The notes: generated by a model from the sequence alone, not told the origin. 64,000 bases of DNA from Parcubacteria bacterium C7867-004 (GCA_001189075.1 LFCN01000006.1:460866-524865); one strand, 5' to 3'; positions 1 through 9,262 are shown, counted from the stretch's first letter. Program-made: numbers and translations.

Positions 1-801
1 ACCATGCATCTTCTATATGCACGCTTCTTCCAGAAAGCGCTCTATGATCTTGCACTCGTCCCAACGAGCGAACCGTTCAACGAGCGATTCAACCGCGGTC
101 TCATACTCGGGCCCGACGGCGCGAAGATGTCGAAGTCGAAAGGGAACGTCGTTAACCCAGATGAGTTCGTCGGGAAATACGGCGCTGACGCCGTACGCAT
201 GTATCTCGCCTTTATCGGTCCGTATAACGAACCGGGTAGTTATCCATGGAGTCTCGAAGGCGTGTTCGCGATGCGTAAGTTCCTCGACCGCGTCTTTCAA
301 TTGCGTGAGCGTATCGAGGATACCGAGGCGAGCAACGAAGAGCGTCTGCAGCTCGACAAAGCGATTCAGAAAGTCGATACAGATACCGAACGATTCAAAT
401 TCAACACGGCGATATCAGGACTGATGGTGCTGGTGCGTGAACTCGAGAAGCAGGAGCATGTTTCTCGTTCGGTATATCAGGACCTCCTTCGGCTTCTCGC
501 GCCGTATGCGCCGCACCTCGCCGACAGCGTATGGCAAGAGGTGGGCGGAGAGGAGGAGAGTGTGCACCAGGCATTATGGCCAGAAGCGGGAGCAAGAGAC
601 GCGGTGACGGCTCCCCTTATCGTCCAGGTGAACGGAAAAAGGCGCGGAGAGGTGCATGTCGACCTGTCCGCAACCGAGGAAGAGGTGCTTGCAGCTGCTC
701 GAGGGATCGAGACTGTCGCCAAAGCTCTTCATGAAGGCACGCTCATGAGGACGGTTTACGTCAAAGGGCGTATTCTCAACCTGGTGATAACTCAGATTTG
801 A
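1..801 (+). CDS. leuS: leucyl-tRNA synthetase, C-terminal portion (5' part lies outside window)
   Basis: Class I aaRS KMSKS motif (KMSKSKGN); HLLYARFF motif typical of LeuRS; C-terminal anticodon-binding region; frame open to window edge. Confidence 0.85.
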   Translation, partial: TMHLLYARFFQKALYDLALVPTSEPFNERFNRGLILGPDGAKMSKSKGNVVNPDEFVGKYGADAVRMYLAFIGPYNEPGSYPWSLEGVFAMRKFLDRVFQLRERIEDTEASNEERLQLDKAIQKVDTDTERFKFNTAISGLMVLVRELEKQEHVSRSVYQDLLRLLAPYAPHLADSVWQEVGGEEESVHQALWPEAGARDAVTAPLIVQVNGKRRGEVHVDLSATEEEVLAAARGIETVAKALHEGTLMRTVYVKGRILNLVITQI

Positions 802-826
802 CTTAAAATGGGCATTCTGGTATAAG
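798..826 (+). promoter_or_regulatory. sigma-70-like promoter TTGACT-17nt-TGgTATAAG upstream of gene at 844
   Basis: Read directly: near-consensus -35 TTGACT, 17-nt spacer, extended -10 TG-n-TATAAG ending ~18 nt before the ATG. Confidence 0.45.
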
Positions 827-843
827 AAGAACACACATTATCT

Positions 844-1917
844 ATGGCGAAATCAACGAAACCGGCACCAAAAGCCACCAAGAAGAAGGCGAAAGCCGAG
901 CTCTCGTTCGACACTCAGGCACTGGTAAAGCGCCTTCTTGCGGAGGTTCCTGAGCGTGCCCGCGAGGTTCTTACCTATCGGTTCGGACTCGGCACCTCGA
1001 GCTCCCGCGATACCCTCGAGGCCATCGGCGAGCGCTGGAGCATCACGCGTGAGCGTGTTCGCCAGATAGAAGCGGCCGGAATCGAGTCCATCCGCGCAAG
1101 CAAAGGCTTCAAGGATTCCCAGGACTCCTTCAAGGAGCTTTCTGCTCACATTGAGTCTCTCGGCGGCATCGTCCCTGAAGATGTTCTCCTTGCCGGACTC
1201 GCTACTGATGAGAAGACTCGGAACCGTTTCCGCTTCCTCCTCGTTGTCGGGAGCTCGTTCTTCCGCGAGCGCGAGACCGATGATTTCTACGCGCGCTGGC
1301 ACGTCGACCACAAGACCGCCGAAGCGGTCCATGGCGCGCTCTCCCGCCTCTACGAGTCCCTCGACGACGCAGAGGTCCTTTCCGAAGGCGATATCGTCAA
1401 CCGCTTCCTCGACGAGCTCAAGGGCGTGAACAGCGCGTACCAGAACGAGGAGATCCTCAAGCGTTGGCTCACCATCTCAAAGACGATCGGCTCGAACCCT
1501 CTCGCCGAATGGGGACGCGCGAACGCTCCGGCGATCCGCACGAAGGGTATCCGCGACTACGCATACCTCGTGATCAAGCAGAAGGGAGAACCGATGCACT
1601 TCGCTGACGTGGCAAAGGCGATCGTCACCGTCTTCAACAAGAAGGCGCACGTCGCGACCACACACAACGAGCTCATCAAGGATTCCCGTTTCGTGCTCGT
1701 GGGTCGCGGCCTCTACGCGCTCGCAGAATGGGGCTACTCTCCGGGCGTCGTACGCGATGTCATCCGTACCGTGCTCGCGAAGAAGTCGCTTACCCGCGAA
1801 GAAGTTATCAAGGAGGTAAAGAAGGTCCGCTACGTTAAGGACAACACCATCCTCGTTAACCTTGGCGATACTCGTCACTTCAAGCGGCTCAAGGACGGCA
1901 CGTACAGCGTCGCATAA
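844..1917 (+). CDS. DNA-binding protein with N-terminal sigma-70 region-4-like HTH and C-terminal HARE-HTH domain
   Basis: Region-4-like motif (LTYRFGL...TLEAIGERWSITRERVRQIE); C-terminal segment KGEPMHFADVAKAIV...RFVLVGRGLYALAEWGY matches the HARE-HTH pattern of the RNAP delta subunit; Lys-rich N-terminus. Confidence 0.6.
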   Translation: MAKSTKPAPKATKKKAKAELSFDTQALVKRLLAEVPERAREVLTYRFGLGTSSSRDTLEAIGERWSITRERVRQIEAAGIESIRASKGFKDSQDSFKELSAHIESLGGIVPEDVLLAGLATDEKTRNRFRFLLVVGSSFFRERETDDFYARWHVDHKTAEAVHGALSRLYESLDDAEVLSEGDIVNRFLDELKGVNSAYQNEEILKRWLTISKTIGSNPLAEWGRANAPAIRTKGIRDYAYLVIKQKGEPMHFADVAKAIVTVFNKKAHVATTHNELIKDSRFVLVGRGLYALAEWGYSPGVVRDVIRTVLAKKSLTREEVIKEVKKVRYVKDNTILVNLGDTRHFKRLKDGTYSVA

Positions 1918-1932
1918 CATTTCATTGCGCAC

Positions 1933-1967
1933 AGAACGCCCCGCATCAAGCGGGGCGTTCTGCTTTT
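1933..1967 (+). terminator. Rho-independent terminator (agaacgccccgc-loop-gcggggcgttct then T-run)
   Basis: Perfect 12-bp GC-rich stem followed by gcttttagtt, immediately after the stop of the 844 gene. Confidence 0.6.
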
Positions 1968-1970
1968 AGT

Positions 1971-1979
1971 TGCTATACT
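1971..1979 (+). promoter_or_regulatory. extended -10 TGcTATACT, 7 nt upstream of ATG (leaderless-type)
   Basis: TG-n-TATACT ends 7 nt before the ATG at 1986; no SD. Confidence 0.45.
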
Positions 1980-1985
1980 CAAGTC

Positions 1986-3383
1986 ATGTCATCAGGAGGC
2001 GGACACGGCGGGGGACTGCCCGGCTTAAGTATCATCGAAGGATGGCTCGGCGGCGCGCATGCCGAGGGCGGGTTCACCGCGGAAGGAAAATACTTCATGA
2101 TCGCCGGCGCTGCCGAGGTTATCTCGTTCTTCATGGTGGCGCCCGCGCAGTCCGTTACCAACTTCGAGTTCCTCCTCTTCGTCTCGCCGCTCTGGATTCC
2201 GGTCCTTCTCGCCCACTTCGCGTACTTGCGGTACTGGCAGGCAGGCAAGGTTGAATTCATCGCGAAGCAAGCGAAAGTACTGCTCGAGATCAAGCTCCCA
2301 CGCGAAAGCACCAAGACGCCGCTCTCGATGGAGATATTCTTCTCGAACATCGCACTCGCATCCGGAGAAGCGACCTGGTACAAACGTCTCATTCAGGGAC
2401 GTTCACGTCCGACGTGGTCGTTCGAGCTCGTGTCGCTCGGCGGGCGTGTCCACTTGTATGTCTGGTGTCGCGCGGTGTTCAGGCGCGCACTCGAGAGCTT
2501 CATGTACGCGCAGTACCCGGGCGTAGAGATCATCGAAGCAGTCGACTACAGCCGTCTCATCGATCCGACCCATGAGCCGTACCAGATGGCGGCTTTTGAA
2601 TACCTACACACTAATCCAGTTGATGCGTACCCCATAAAGACGTATGTCGAATTCGGACTCGACAAGCCACAGAAGCCAGAGGAACAAACGGATCCCATGG
2701 CGCAGATGCTCGAGACGCTCGGCTCGCTCGGACCCAAGGAGCAGATGTGGATCCAGTTCGTTATTCGTTCGACCAAATATGAGAAATACGAGGGACGCAA
2801 GAACAAAGCCGGAAAGCAGTACACCTGGAAAGACGAAGGGAAAGAAGAGATCGAGAAAATCCGCGAATCATTGGTTACCAAGAGTGAATACGTGGATCCT
2901 GCAACGGGTAAGATGGTCTCGACAAAGGGATTTCCGAACCCTACGGAAGGCGATAAGGATCGTATCAAGGCAATCGAGCAGAATATTGGAAAGACCGCAT
3001 TCGATGTCGGCATCCGCACCATCTACTGCGCACCGAGCGATGCCTATCACAAGAGTATGGGCTCCATAACGAGCAACCTGTTCAAGCCGTTCAACTCGGA
3101 GAAGTACAACGGACTCAAGCCGGGACAGCGATGGAGCGAGCACTTCAATGACTATCCGTGGGAAGACCCGGGAGGCCACCATCTCGCGCACGCGATGCAC
3201 TCGGTCTTGCACTTCTACCGCAGGCGCGCGTTCTTCTATCCGCCGTATATCGGCAAGTGGAACACGATGAGCGTCGAAGAACTCGCGACCCTCATCCACA
3301 TCCCATCGAGTGTGGTTACGACACCGTCTCTGGATCGCATACAGTCTTCGTCTGCTGAGGCGCCTCCGAACCTCCCTACGTAA
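1986..3383 (+). CDS. hypothetical protein, Gly-rich N-terminus with predicted TM segments, 465 aa
   Basis: Long ORF with protein-like composition and hydrophobic N-terminal segments (FMIAGAAEVISFFMVAP, LLFVSPLWIPVLLAHFAYL); no family recognised. Confidence 0.5.
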   Translation: MSSGGGHGGGLPGLSIIEGWLGGAHAEGGFTAEGKYFMIAGAAEVISFFMVAPAQSVTNFEFLLFVSPLWIPVLLAHFAYLRYWQAGKVEFIAKQAKVLLEIKLPRESTKTPLSMEIFFSNIALASGEATWYKRLIQGRSRPTWSFELVSLGGRVHLYVWCRAVFRRALESFMYAQYPGVEIIEAVDYSRLIDPTHEPYQMAAFEYLHTNPVDAYPIKTYVEFGLDKPQKPEEQTDPMAQMLETLGSLGPKEQMWIQFVIRSTKYEKYEGRKNKAGKQYTWKDEGKEEIEKIRESLVTKSEYVDPATGKMVSTKGFPNPTEGDKDRIKAIEQNIGKTAFDVGIRTIYCAPSDAYHKSMGSITSNLFKPFNSEKYNGLKPGQRWSEHFNDYPWEDPGGHHLAHAMHSVLHFYRRRAFFYPPYIGKWNTMSVEELATLIHIPSSVVTTPSLDRIQSSSAEAPPNLPT

Positions 3384-3424
3384 GAGATACAAGAAGCCCT
3401 GCCTAGCGGGGCTTCTTGCTGGTG

Positions 3425-3433
3425 TGATATACC
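3425..3433 (+). promoter_or_regulatory. extended -10-like element (TGaTATACC) 7 nt upstream of mnmA ATG
   Basis: Same architecture as other leaderless promoters in the window. Confidence 0.35.
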
Positions 3434-3439
3434 GAATAC

Positions 3440-4477
3440 ATGGAAAACGTTCGAGGAAAACGTGTGTTTGTGGGACTCTCAGGCGGCGTTGATTCCGCCG
3501 TGTCAGCCGCCCTGCTCAAAGAGGCCGGTGCACGCGTTACCGGGGTATTCATCAAGGGGTGGTACCCACCTGGGATGCCCTGCACCTGGAGCGAGGACCG
3601 GAAAGACGCGATGCGCGTTGCCGCGCGCTTGGGTATACCGTTCGTGACGCTCGACGCATCTGAGGAGTATAAGAAGGGCGTTATCGATTATCTGCTGCGC
3701 GAGTATCGGGCCGGGCGTACCCCTAATCCGGATGTGATGTGCAACCGGGAAGTTAAGTTCGGTGCGTTCGTTCGCTTTGCCAGAGAGCATGGCGCGGATC
3801 TGATTGCGACCGGGCACTATGCACGACTTGAGCAGGGAGCATTGCTGCGCGGCGTACATGAAGAGAAGGATCAAAGCTATTTCTTGTGGGCCGTTCCGAA
3901 GGAGGCGCTCGCCATGACCCTATTTCCGGTGGGGAGCCTATCGAAGGAGAAGACCCGCGCACTGGCGACTCGATTCAACCTGCCAAACGCCGCTAAGCGC
4001 GATAGCCAAGGAATCTGCTTCCTCGGTACGGTCTCGGTCGAGGACTTCCTTCGTTCTGAGTTCTCGCCTGAGCAAGGGAAAGCTTATGATACTGCGGGTA
4101 CTGAGGTAGGTTCGCATTCGGGAAGCACCCTGCATACCATCGGGGAGCGGATCGCGCTAACGAAAGCGGCCCCAGGGCCCTGGTACGTTGTCTCAAAGGA
4201 CCTGGCTGCCAATTCGCTTATCGTATCGAATGAGCACATGCTCCGTACCGAAAGAAAGAACATTGCTCTTGAGGAGAGCAATTGGATTTCCGATATAACG
4301 CAGGGCGAGAATCTTTGCGCGCAGTACCGCTATCACGGTCCTCGGATCACCGGAACGCTCTCGAAGGATCGCTCGGCATTCCTTCCTGACGGGGATCTTC
4401 CGGAGGTGCTCGCGGCTGGCCAGTCGCTCGTGCTGTACCGCGGGGATCAGCTCGTAGGCGGTGCTATTATGAGCTGA
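3440..4477 (+). CDS. mnmA: tRNA-specific 2-thiouridylase MnmA
   Basis: PP-loop SGGVDS near N-terminus, then conserved MnmA segments (GHYAR, DQSYFL). Confidence 0.9.
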   Translation: MENVRGKRVFVGLSGGVDSAVSAALLKEAGARVTGVFIKGWYPPGMPCTWSEDRKDAMRVAARLGIPFVTLDASEEYKKGVIDYLLREYRAGRTPNPDVMCNREVKFGAFVRFAREHGADLIATGHYARLEQGALLRGVHEEKDQSYFLWAVPKEALAMTLFPVGSLSKEKTRALATRFNLPNAAKRDSQGICFLGTVSVEDFLRSEFSPEQGKAYDTAGTEVGSHSGSTLHTIGERIALTKAAPGPWYVVSKDLAANSLIVSNEHMLRTERKNIALEESNWISDITQGENLCAQYRYHGPRITGTLSKDRSAFLPDGDLPEVLAAGQSLVLYRGDQLVGGAIMS

Positions 4478-5307
4478 TGCCAGCTGAAATAGTTAAGACT
4501 GACGGATCAATCGAGATGTTCGATGGATCAAAGCTCATGGACTCATTGATGCGCGCAGGTGCTCGGGAGCCCGTAGCCGAGCGCATCAGGCGTACGATCG
4601 AGGCATCCATAAGCCCGATGGCTGAGAGTAACGAGATCTACAAGCGCGCATTCCAGATGCTGCGCCACGACAGCCGTCCCTCGGCGGCGCGATACAGCCT
4701 CAGGCGTGCACTCTTCGAGTTCGGCCCGTCAGGTCATCCCTTCGAGGACTTCGTCGCTGAGCTCTTCCGTGCGGAGGGATGGACGGTTGCCGATCGTCAG
4801 ACCATCCAAGGGAAGTGCGTCTCGCATGAAGTCGATATCTATGCGACGCGCGGCGGAGAGTGCCTTGCTGGAGAACTTAAGTATCACAACAATCCGGGCT
4901 ACAAGACCGACGTTAAAGTAGCGCTATATGTCAAAGCGCGGCTCGACGATATCTGGGCTGCGGCATCAGATACGAAAAAGGAGGCACGGGTCGACCACGG
5001 ATTCCTCATAACTAACACTAAGTTTACGCGCGACGCGATACAGTTCGCTACCTGCTCGGGCATCAATCTGCTCGGATGGAGCTACCCGCACGAAGGCAAT
5101 CTCTATGACCGCATAGTCGCAGCCGGCCTCTATCCCATAACCGCGCTTACCCTCATCAAAAAGGCCGAGAAACGGCTCCTTATAGACCGCAATATCGTTA
5201 CCTGTGCACAGATCCGACAGAACCGTGATGCGCTCCGGGAGCTCGGCATCCCTCCTGAGCGTATCGGCGCAATTCTCGCTGAGGCGGGCACGCTCTGCGG
5301 AAGCTGA
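4477..5307 (+). CDS. ATP-cone domain fused to Mrr-like (PD-(D/E)XK) restriction-endonuclease catalytic domain
   Basis: N-terminal ATP-cone pattern (IVKTDGSIEMFDGSKLMDSLMRAG); C-terminal D...ExK nuclease core (HEVDIYA...GELKYH) resembling Mrr_cat; start overlaps the mnmA stop by 1 nt. Confidence 0.65.
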   Translation: MPAEIVKTDGSIEMFDGSKLMDSLMRAGAREPVAERIRRTIEASISPMAESNEIYKRAFQMLRHDSRPSAARYSLRRALFEFGPSGHPFEDFVAELFRAEGWTVADRQTIQGKCVSHEVDIYATRGGECLAGELKYHNNPGYKTDVKVALYVKARLDDIWAAASDTKKEARVDHGFLITNTKFTRDAIQFATCSGINLLGWSYPHEGNLYDRIVAAGLYPITALTLIKKAEKRLLIDRNIVTCAQIRQNRDALRELGIPPERIGAILAEAGTLCGS

Positions 5308-5319
5308 TAGACTGAACGC

Positions 5320-6102
5320 ATGAGCGACTTCAAGCGATATAACCCTAACCGGAGTGCGGATTGGAATTACGGCGGAAAGAAATGGCGATTGTCCCGCTCG
5401 AAGATAGAGTTCTTCGTCGAGTGTCCCCGCTGCTTCTATATCGATAACAAACTCGGAACCAAACGCCCCGGGTATCCTGAGTTCACCCTCAACAAGGCGG
5501 TTGATACTCTATTCAAGAAGGAATTTGATGCACACCGAAAAGCGGCAACCGCGCATCCGCTCATGGATAAGTATGAGATTAAAGCAGTTCCGTTCGTGCA
5601 TGCGAAGATGGATACCTGGCGAGAGAACTTCGAGGGAGTCGAGTATACGCACCCTGCAACCGGCTTCGTTATCTCAGGCGCAGTCGACGACATCTGGGTT
5701 GCTGAGAATGGGGAGCTCATCGTCGTCGATTACAAATCCACCTCGAAGCCGGGCAGTATAGAGACGCTTGGAGACTCGAGCTGGAACGAGCAGTACCGCC
5801 GCCAGATGGGTATCTATCAATGGCTCCTCCGTAATAACGGATTCCAGGTCTCCCCGATGGGATACCTGGTCTACGCCAATGCATATGACGACAAGGAAGC
5901 GTTCGATGGGAAGCTCGAGTTCGAGGTTACGGTTGTCGAGTGCGAAGGACAGTCGGAGTGGATCGAGGAGATCCTCCCGCGGATCAAAGAGACACTCGAG
6001 AGCGATGCTATCCCCCCATCAGGCGACGCCTGCGAGTTCTGCCCGTACCGCGAAGCTGCCGGAAAGAAGCTGCTCGCACTCCACAAGGCAGCGAAGAAAT
6101 AG
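5320..6102 (+). CDS. PD-(D/E)XK nuclease, Cas4/RecB-like with putative Fe-S cluster cysteines
   Basis: RecB-family motifs (GAVDDIW, IVVDYKS, QMGIYQWLL = QhxxY); four Cys arranged CPRC (N-term) and CEFC (C-term), as in Cas4/AddB nuclease domains. Confidence 0.6.
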   Translation: MSDFKRYNPNRSADWNYGGKKWRLSRSKIEFFVECPRCFYIDNKLGTKRPGYPEFTLNKAVDTLFKKEFDAHRKAATAHPLMDKYEIKAVPFVHAKMDTWRENFEGVEYTHPATGFVISGAVDDIWVAENGELIVVDYKSTSKPGSIETLGDSSWNEQYRRQMGIYQWLLRNNGFQVSPMGYLVYANAYDDKEAFDGKLEFEVTVVECEGQSEWIEEILPRIKETLESDAIPPSGDACEFCPYREAAGKKLLALHKAAKK

Positions 6103-6107
6103 CTCGT

Positions 6108-6776
6108 ATGCAGGTGCGTATAGAAGAGTCGTGGAAAGAAAAGCTCAAAGGAGAGTTCGAGCAGGAGTATTTCAGACAGCTTACGCGCTTCGTCAAAGAC
6201 GAATACGAGAAGGGGACAGTGTATCCCGCTCCTCAGAACATATTCAGAGCGTTTGAACTCACCCCATTTGAGGAGGTGAAGGTAGTCATTCTCGGCCAGG
6301 ATCCGTATCACGGACCGAGACAGGCGATCGGCTTATCGTTCGCGGTTGATACGGGCATACCGCTGCCTCCTTCGTTACGGAACATATACAAAGAGATCGA
6401 AGACGACCTCGGCACGCCGGTTGAGCATGCCGATGGCGATCTGTCTCGCTGGGCTTCGCAAGGCGTACTGTTACTGAACGCGACGCTAACCGTGCGCGCA
6501 CGATCTGCAGGTTCGCACCAGGGAAAGGGGTGGGAGCAGTTCACCGATGCGGTTATAAAGGCACTCTCTGAGGAGCGAGAGCATCTCGTATTCATACTCT
6601 GGGGCAACTATGCGAAAGCCAAGGGCGCGCATATCGATCGTACGAAGCATCTGGTTATCGAATCCGCGCATCCCTCGCCATTCTCCGCCTCAAGCGGTTT
6701 CTTCGGGAGCAAACCGTTCAGCAAGACGAACGAGTATCTCAATGAGCAGAACAAAAGAGCTGTCGAATGGATATAA
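6108..6776 (+). CDS. ung: uracil-DNA glycosylase, family 1
   Basis: GQDPYH water-activating motif and the HPSP motif (family 1 HPSPLS); full-length similarity to Ung. The track ORF 5940..6776 is an upstream extension; first ATG after the preceding stop chosen. Confidence 0.9.
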   Translation: MQVRIEESWKEKLKGEFEQEYFRQLTRFVKDEYEKGTVYPAPQNIFRAFELTPFEEVKVVILGQDPYHGPRQAIGLSFAVDTGIPLPPSLRNIYKEIEDDLGTPVEHADGDLSRWASQGVLLLNATLTVRARSAGSHQGKGWEQFTDAVIKALSEEREHLVFILWGNYAKAKGAHIDRTKHLVIESAHPSPFSASSGFFGSKPFSKTNEYLNEQNKRAVEWI

Positions 6777-6839
6777 GTCGTGTGAAAGAACTGTGAATAA
6801 CCCACTTGTACACGCGAACGCATGCTACGGTAATCGCAT

Positions 6840-7223
6840 ATGGAAATATTTCTTGCAAAACTCTTGGGCGTGTACTTCGTTATTATCGGCATCATTGTGC
6901 TTGCTCGTCAGAAGGCGGTTATCCCGACTCTCAAGGAACTCTCAAAGAGCCGCGCACTACTTCTCGTCGTCGCAGCGGTTGAGCTCGCGGCCGGTATCGG
7001 ACTCGTGCTGACCTACCCGACGGTATCAGTCAGCCTTGTGGGCGTGTTCTCTGTTATCGGTTACATGATGGTCATCGAGGCGATAATCTACCTCGCTGCT
7101 CCGTCTAAGTTCGTGCAGAAGCTCATCGGATCCTTCAACACGCCATCATGGCACCTTTCAGGAGGCGTCGTCGCGCTTGTCGCAGGCGCATTCCTCGCAG
7201 GTACGGGCTTCGGCTACTTCTAG
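6840..7223 (+). CDS. small integral membrane protein (3-4 TM), hypothetical
   Basis: Hydrophobic 127-aa ORF; flanked by a terminator. Confidence 0.45.
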   Translation: MEIFLAKLLGVYFVIIGIIVLARQKAVIPTLKELSKSRALLLVVAAVELAAGIGLVLTYPTVSVSLVGVFSVIGYMMVIEAIIYLAAPSKFVQKLIGSFNTPSWHLSGGVVALVAGAFLAGTGFGYF

Positions 7224-7237
7224 TATCAAGTATGCAA

Positions 7238-7267
7238 GTAAAAGGCCCCGCTTCCGCGGGGCTTTTT
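7238..7267. terminator. bidirectional Rho-independent terminator (aaaaggccccgc ttcc gcggggcttttt)
   Basis: GC stem-loop with A-run upstream and T-run downstream, between convergent genes. Confidence 0.55.
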
Positions 7268-7268
7268 A

Positions 7269-9242
7269 CTACCAGACCATCTCCCGGTCTTTCGCAAGAC
7301 GGTAGAGCTTGTCCGTTTTCGTAAGACCGTACGCTTCATAGAACGGCTCGAAGTTTGAGAGCGGTCCATTAATACGGAAGAGTCCTGGCGAGTGCGGGTC
7401 CGTGAGTACCTGCATCTTCTCGAATTCGGGACGAGCATTCTCACGCTCGAACAAGGAGAATCCGAGAAAGAAGCGCTGTTCGGGAGTAAGGCCGTCGATA
7501 TCCTTCCGGCCAGTCCGCCCAAGGTGCTGCTGGTACGCATCGAACGCAATGGAGAGCCCGCCCAGATCAGCGATATTCTCGCCAAGCGTGAGCTTGCCGT
7601 TAACGTGTACGCCGTCCGCAACTTCGTACGTATCGAACTGCTTCTCGACTTTCTTTGCTTTAGCTTCGAAGCGTTTGCGATCTTCAGTGCTCCACCAGCT
7701 CTTCAGGTTTCCTTTGGCATCGAACTTCGATCCTTCGTCATCGAATCCGTGGGTTATCTCATGCCCGATAACCGTGCCTATCGCGCCGTAATTCATTGCG
7801 TCATCGTTCGTAAAGCTGAAGAACGGTGGCTGCAGGATAGCAGCAGGGAAGAGCATCTCGTTCATGTTCGGATCGTAGAACGCGTTCACCGTCTGCGGCG
7901 AGCAGTACCATTCCGTGCGGTCGACGGGCTTTAGGAGTTTCCGCATCGCGCGGCGGTGCTCGTATTCGTTCGTGCGGATGATATTCCCCACATAGTCGTC
8001 GGCACGGATAACGAGTCCTGCGAATGAGCGCCATTTATCCGGATATCCGATCTTGCGATTGAACGCGCCAAGCTTCTGAAGGGCTTTTTTCTTCGTTGCG
8101 GGAGTCATCCAGTCGAGCGAGCGGATCCTTGCTTCGTAGGCGGCAAAAAGATCATCAACAAGTTCGTTCATCTTCTTCTTCGCCTCTTTTGTGAAATGCT
8201 TTTTGACATAGAGCTGCCCGATGAGCTCGCCGAGGTTCCCGTTCACCACGCCGAGCACGCGGCGCCAGAGCGGCTTCATAGCGGTCATGCCCGTGAGTAC
8301 CGTGCCGTAGAAGGAGAAGCTCTGCTTGATGAACGGGTCAGAGAGCGCGCCGGCGAAATCGTTCACGACATGAAAGGCGAGGTACGTCTTCCATTCAGCG
8401 AGCGGTACCGACTCAAGCATCAGGCTCGTCTTTATGAGGAAGTCGGGCTGCATGACGATAAGGTACGGAGCCTTATCGCCCTGCGTGAGCTTCAAATACC
8501 GATCCCAGTCCGTGCTTGGTGCGAGCTTCCGGAGAGCGGCTCGTGACATCTTGTGATACGTCTTGTCCGGATCACGCATCTCTTCCTTCTTCATCGAAGC
8601 CTTGGCGAGGACAGTCTCGATTTTCATAACCGCTTCGCGCGCCTCGATCGCTTGCTTCTTGGTATGTCCCATGAGGACAAAGAGCTTTTCGATATGGATC
8701 ACGTAGCCCTCGCGTATGCGCTTCGACTCCGCATCGTCCTTGAGGTAGTAGTCGCGATCAGGAAGTCCGAGGCCATCCTGAAACAGATGGAGTGCGTACC
8801 TCTCGGCATTCTTTGAGTCTTGTCCGACGCCTGAGCCCCAGACGACCCCGACCCCGATGCGGTGCAGGTGGGCAATAACCGATAGGAGATCGTCAGCGTC
8901 TTTCAGTGCTTCGATCTTCCTGAGGAGTTGCGCGAGCGGAGAAAGGCTGAGTTCGTTCCGTCGCTCCATATCCATGCCGGAACGGTAGAAGTCGCGGATG
9001 GTACGGTCGGGGCTCTTTGCGGGAAGCGAGCGCTTCCCGTCGAGCTCATCCAGAAGTGACCGCAGCTTCTTATCAGTCTCATACCTGAGGACCGTGAACG
9101 TGCCCCAACGCGACTCGTTCTTCGGGATTGGGTTCGCGTCCATCCATTTCCGGTTCGCATAGTGATAGAAGTCGTCCTGCGGGCGGATAGACGGTGTAAG
9201 CTCGCGAACGTCGTAGCCCCATGATGCCTTTTTCATAGCCAT
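7269..9242 (-). CDS. pepO: M13 family zinc metallopeptidase (PepO / neprilysin-like)
   Basis: HEITHGFDDEG zinc-binding motif (HExxH), GENIADLGG and NAFY motifs of neprilysin-family peptidases; 657 aa. Confidence 0.85.
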   Translation of the reverse strand: MAMKKASWGYDVRELTPSIRPQDDFYHYANRKWMDANPIPKNESRWGTFTVLRYETDKKLRSLLDELDGKRSLPAKSPDRTIRDFYRSGMDMERRNELSLSPLAQLLRKIEALKDADDLLSVIAHLHRIGVGVVWGSGVGQDSKNAERYALHLFQDGLGLPDRDYYLKDDAESKRIREGYVIHIEKLFVLMGHTKKQAIEAREAVMKIETVLAKASMKKEEMRDPDKTYHKMSRAALRKLAPSTDWDRYLKLTQGDKAPYLIVMQPDFLIKTSLMLESVPLAEWKTYLAFHVVNDFAGALSDPFIKQSFSFYGTVLTGMTAMKPLWRRVLGVVNGNLGELIGQLYVKKHFTKEAKKKMNELVDDLFAAYEARIRSLDWMTPATKKKALQKLGAFNRKIGYPDKWRSFAGLVIRADDYVGNIIRTNEYEHRRAMRKLLKPVDRTEWYCSPQTVNAFYDPNMNEMLFPAAILQPPFFSFTNDDAMNYGAIGTVIGHEITHGFDDEGSKFDAKGNLKSWWSTEDRKRFEAKAKKVEKQFDTYEVADGVHVNGKLTLGENIADLGGLSIAFDAYQQHLGRTGRKDIDGLTPEQRFFLGFSLFERENARPEFEKMQVLTDPHSPGLFRINGPLSNFEPFYEAYGLTKTDKLYRLAKDREMVW

Positions 9243-9262
9243 ATAGCGCAGTATATCGAACG

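Noticed and set aside
5940-6107. N-terminal extension of the ung ORF (track start 5940) overlapping the Cas4-like nuclease gene
   Set aside because: The extension lies entirely inside the upstream gene in another frame. UDG homology begins at the ATG at 6108, immediately after the upstream stop.
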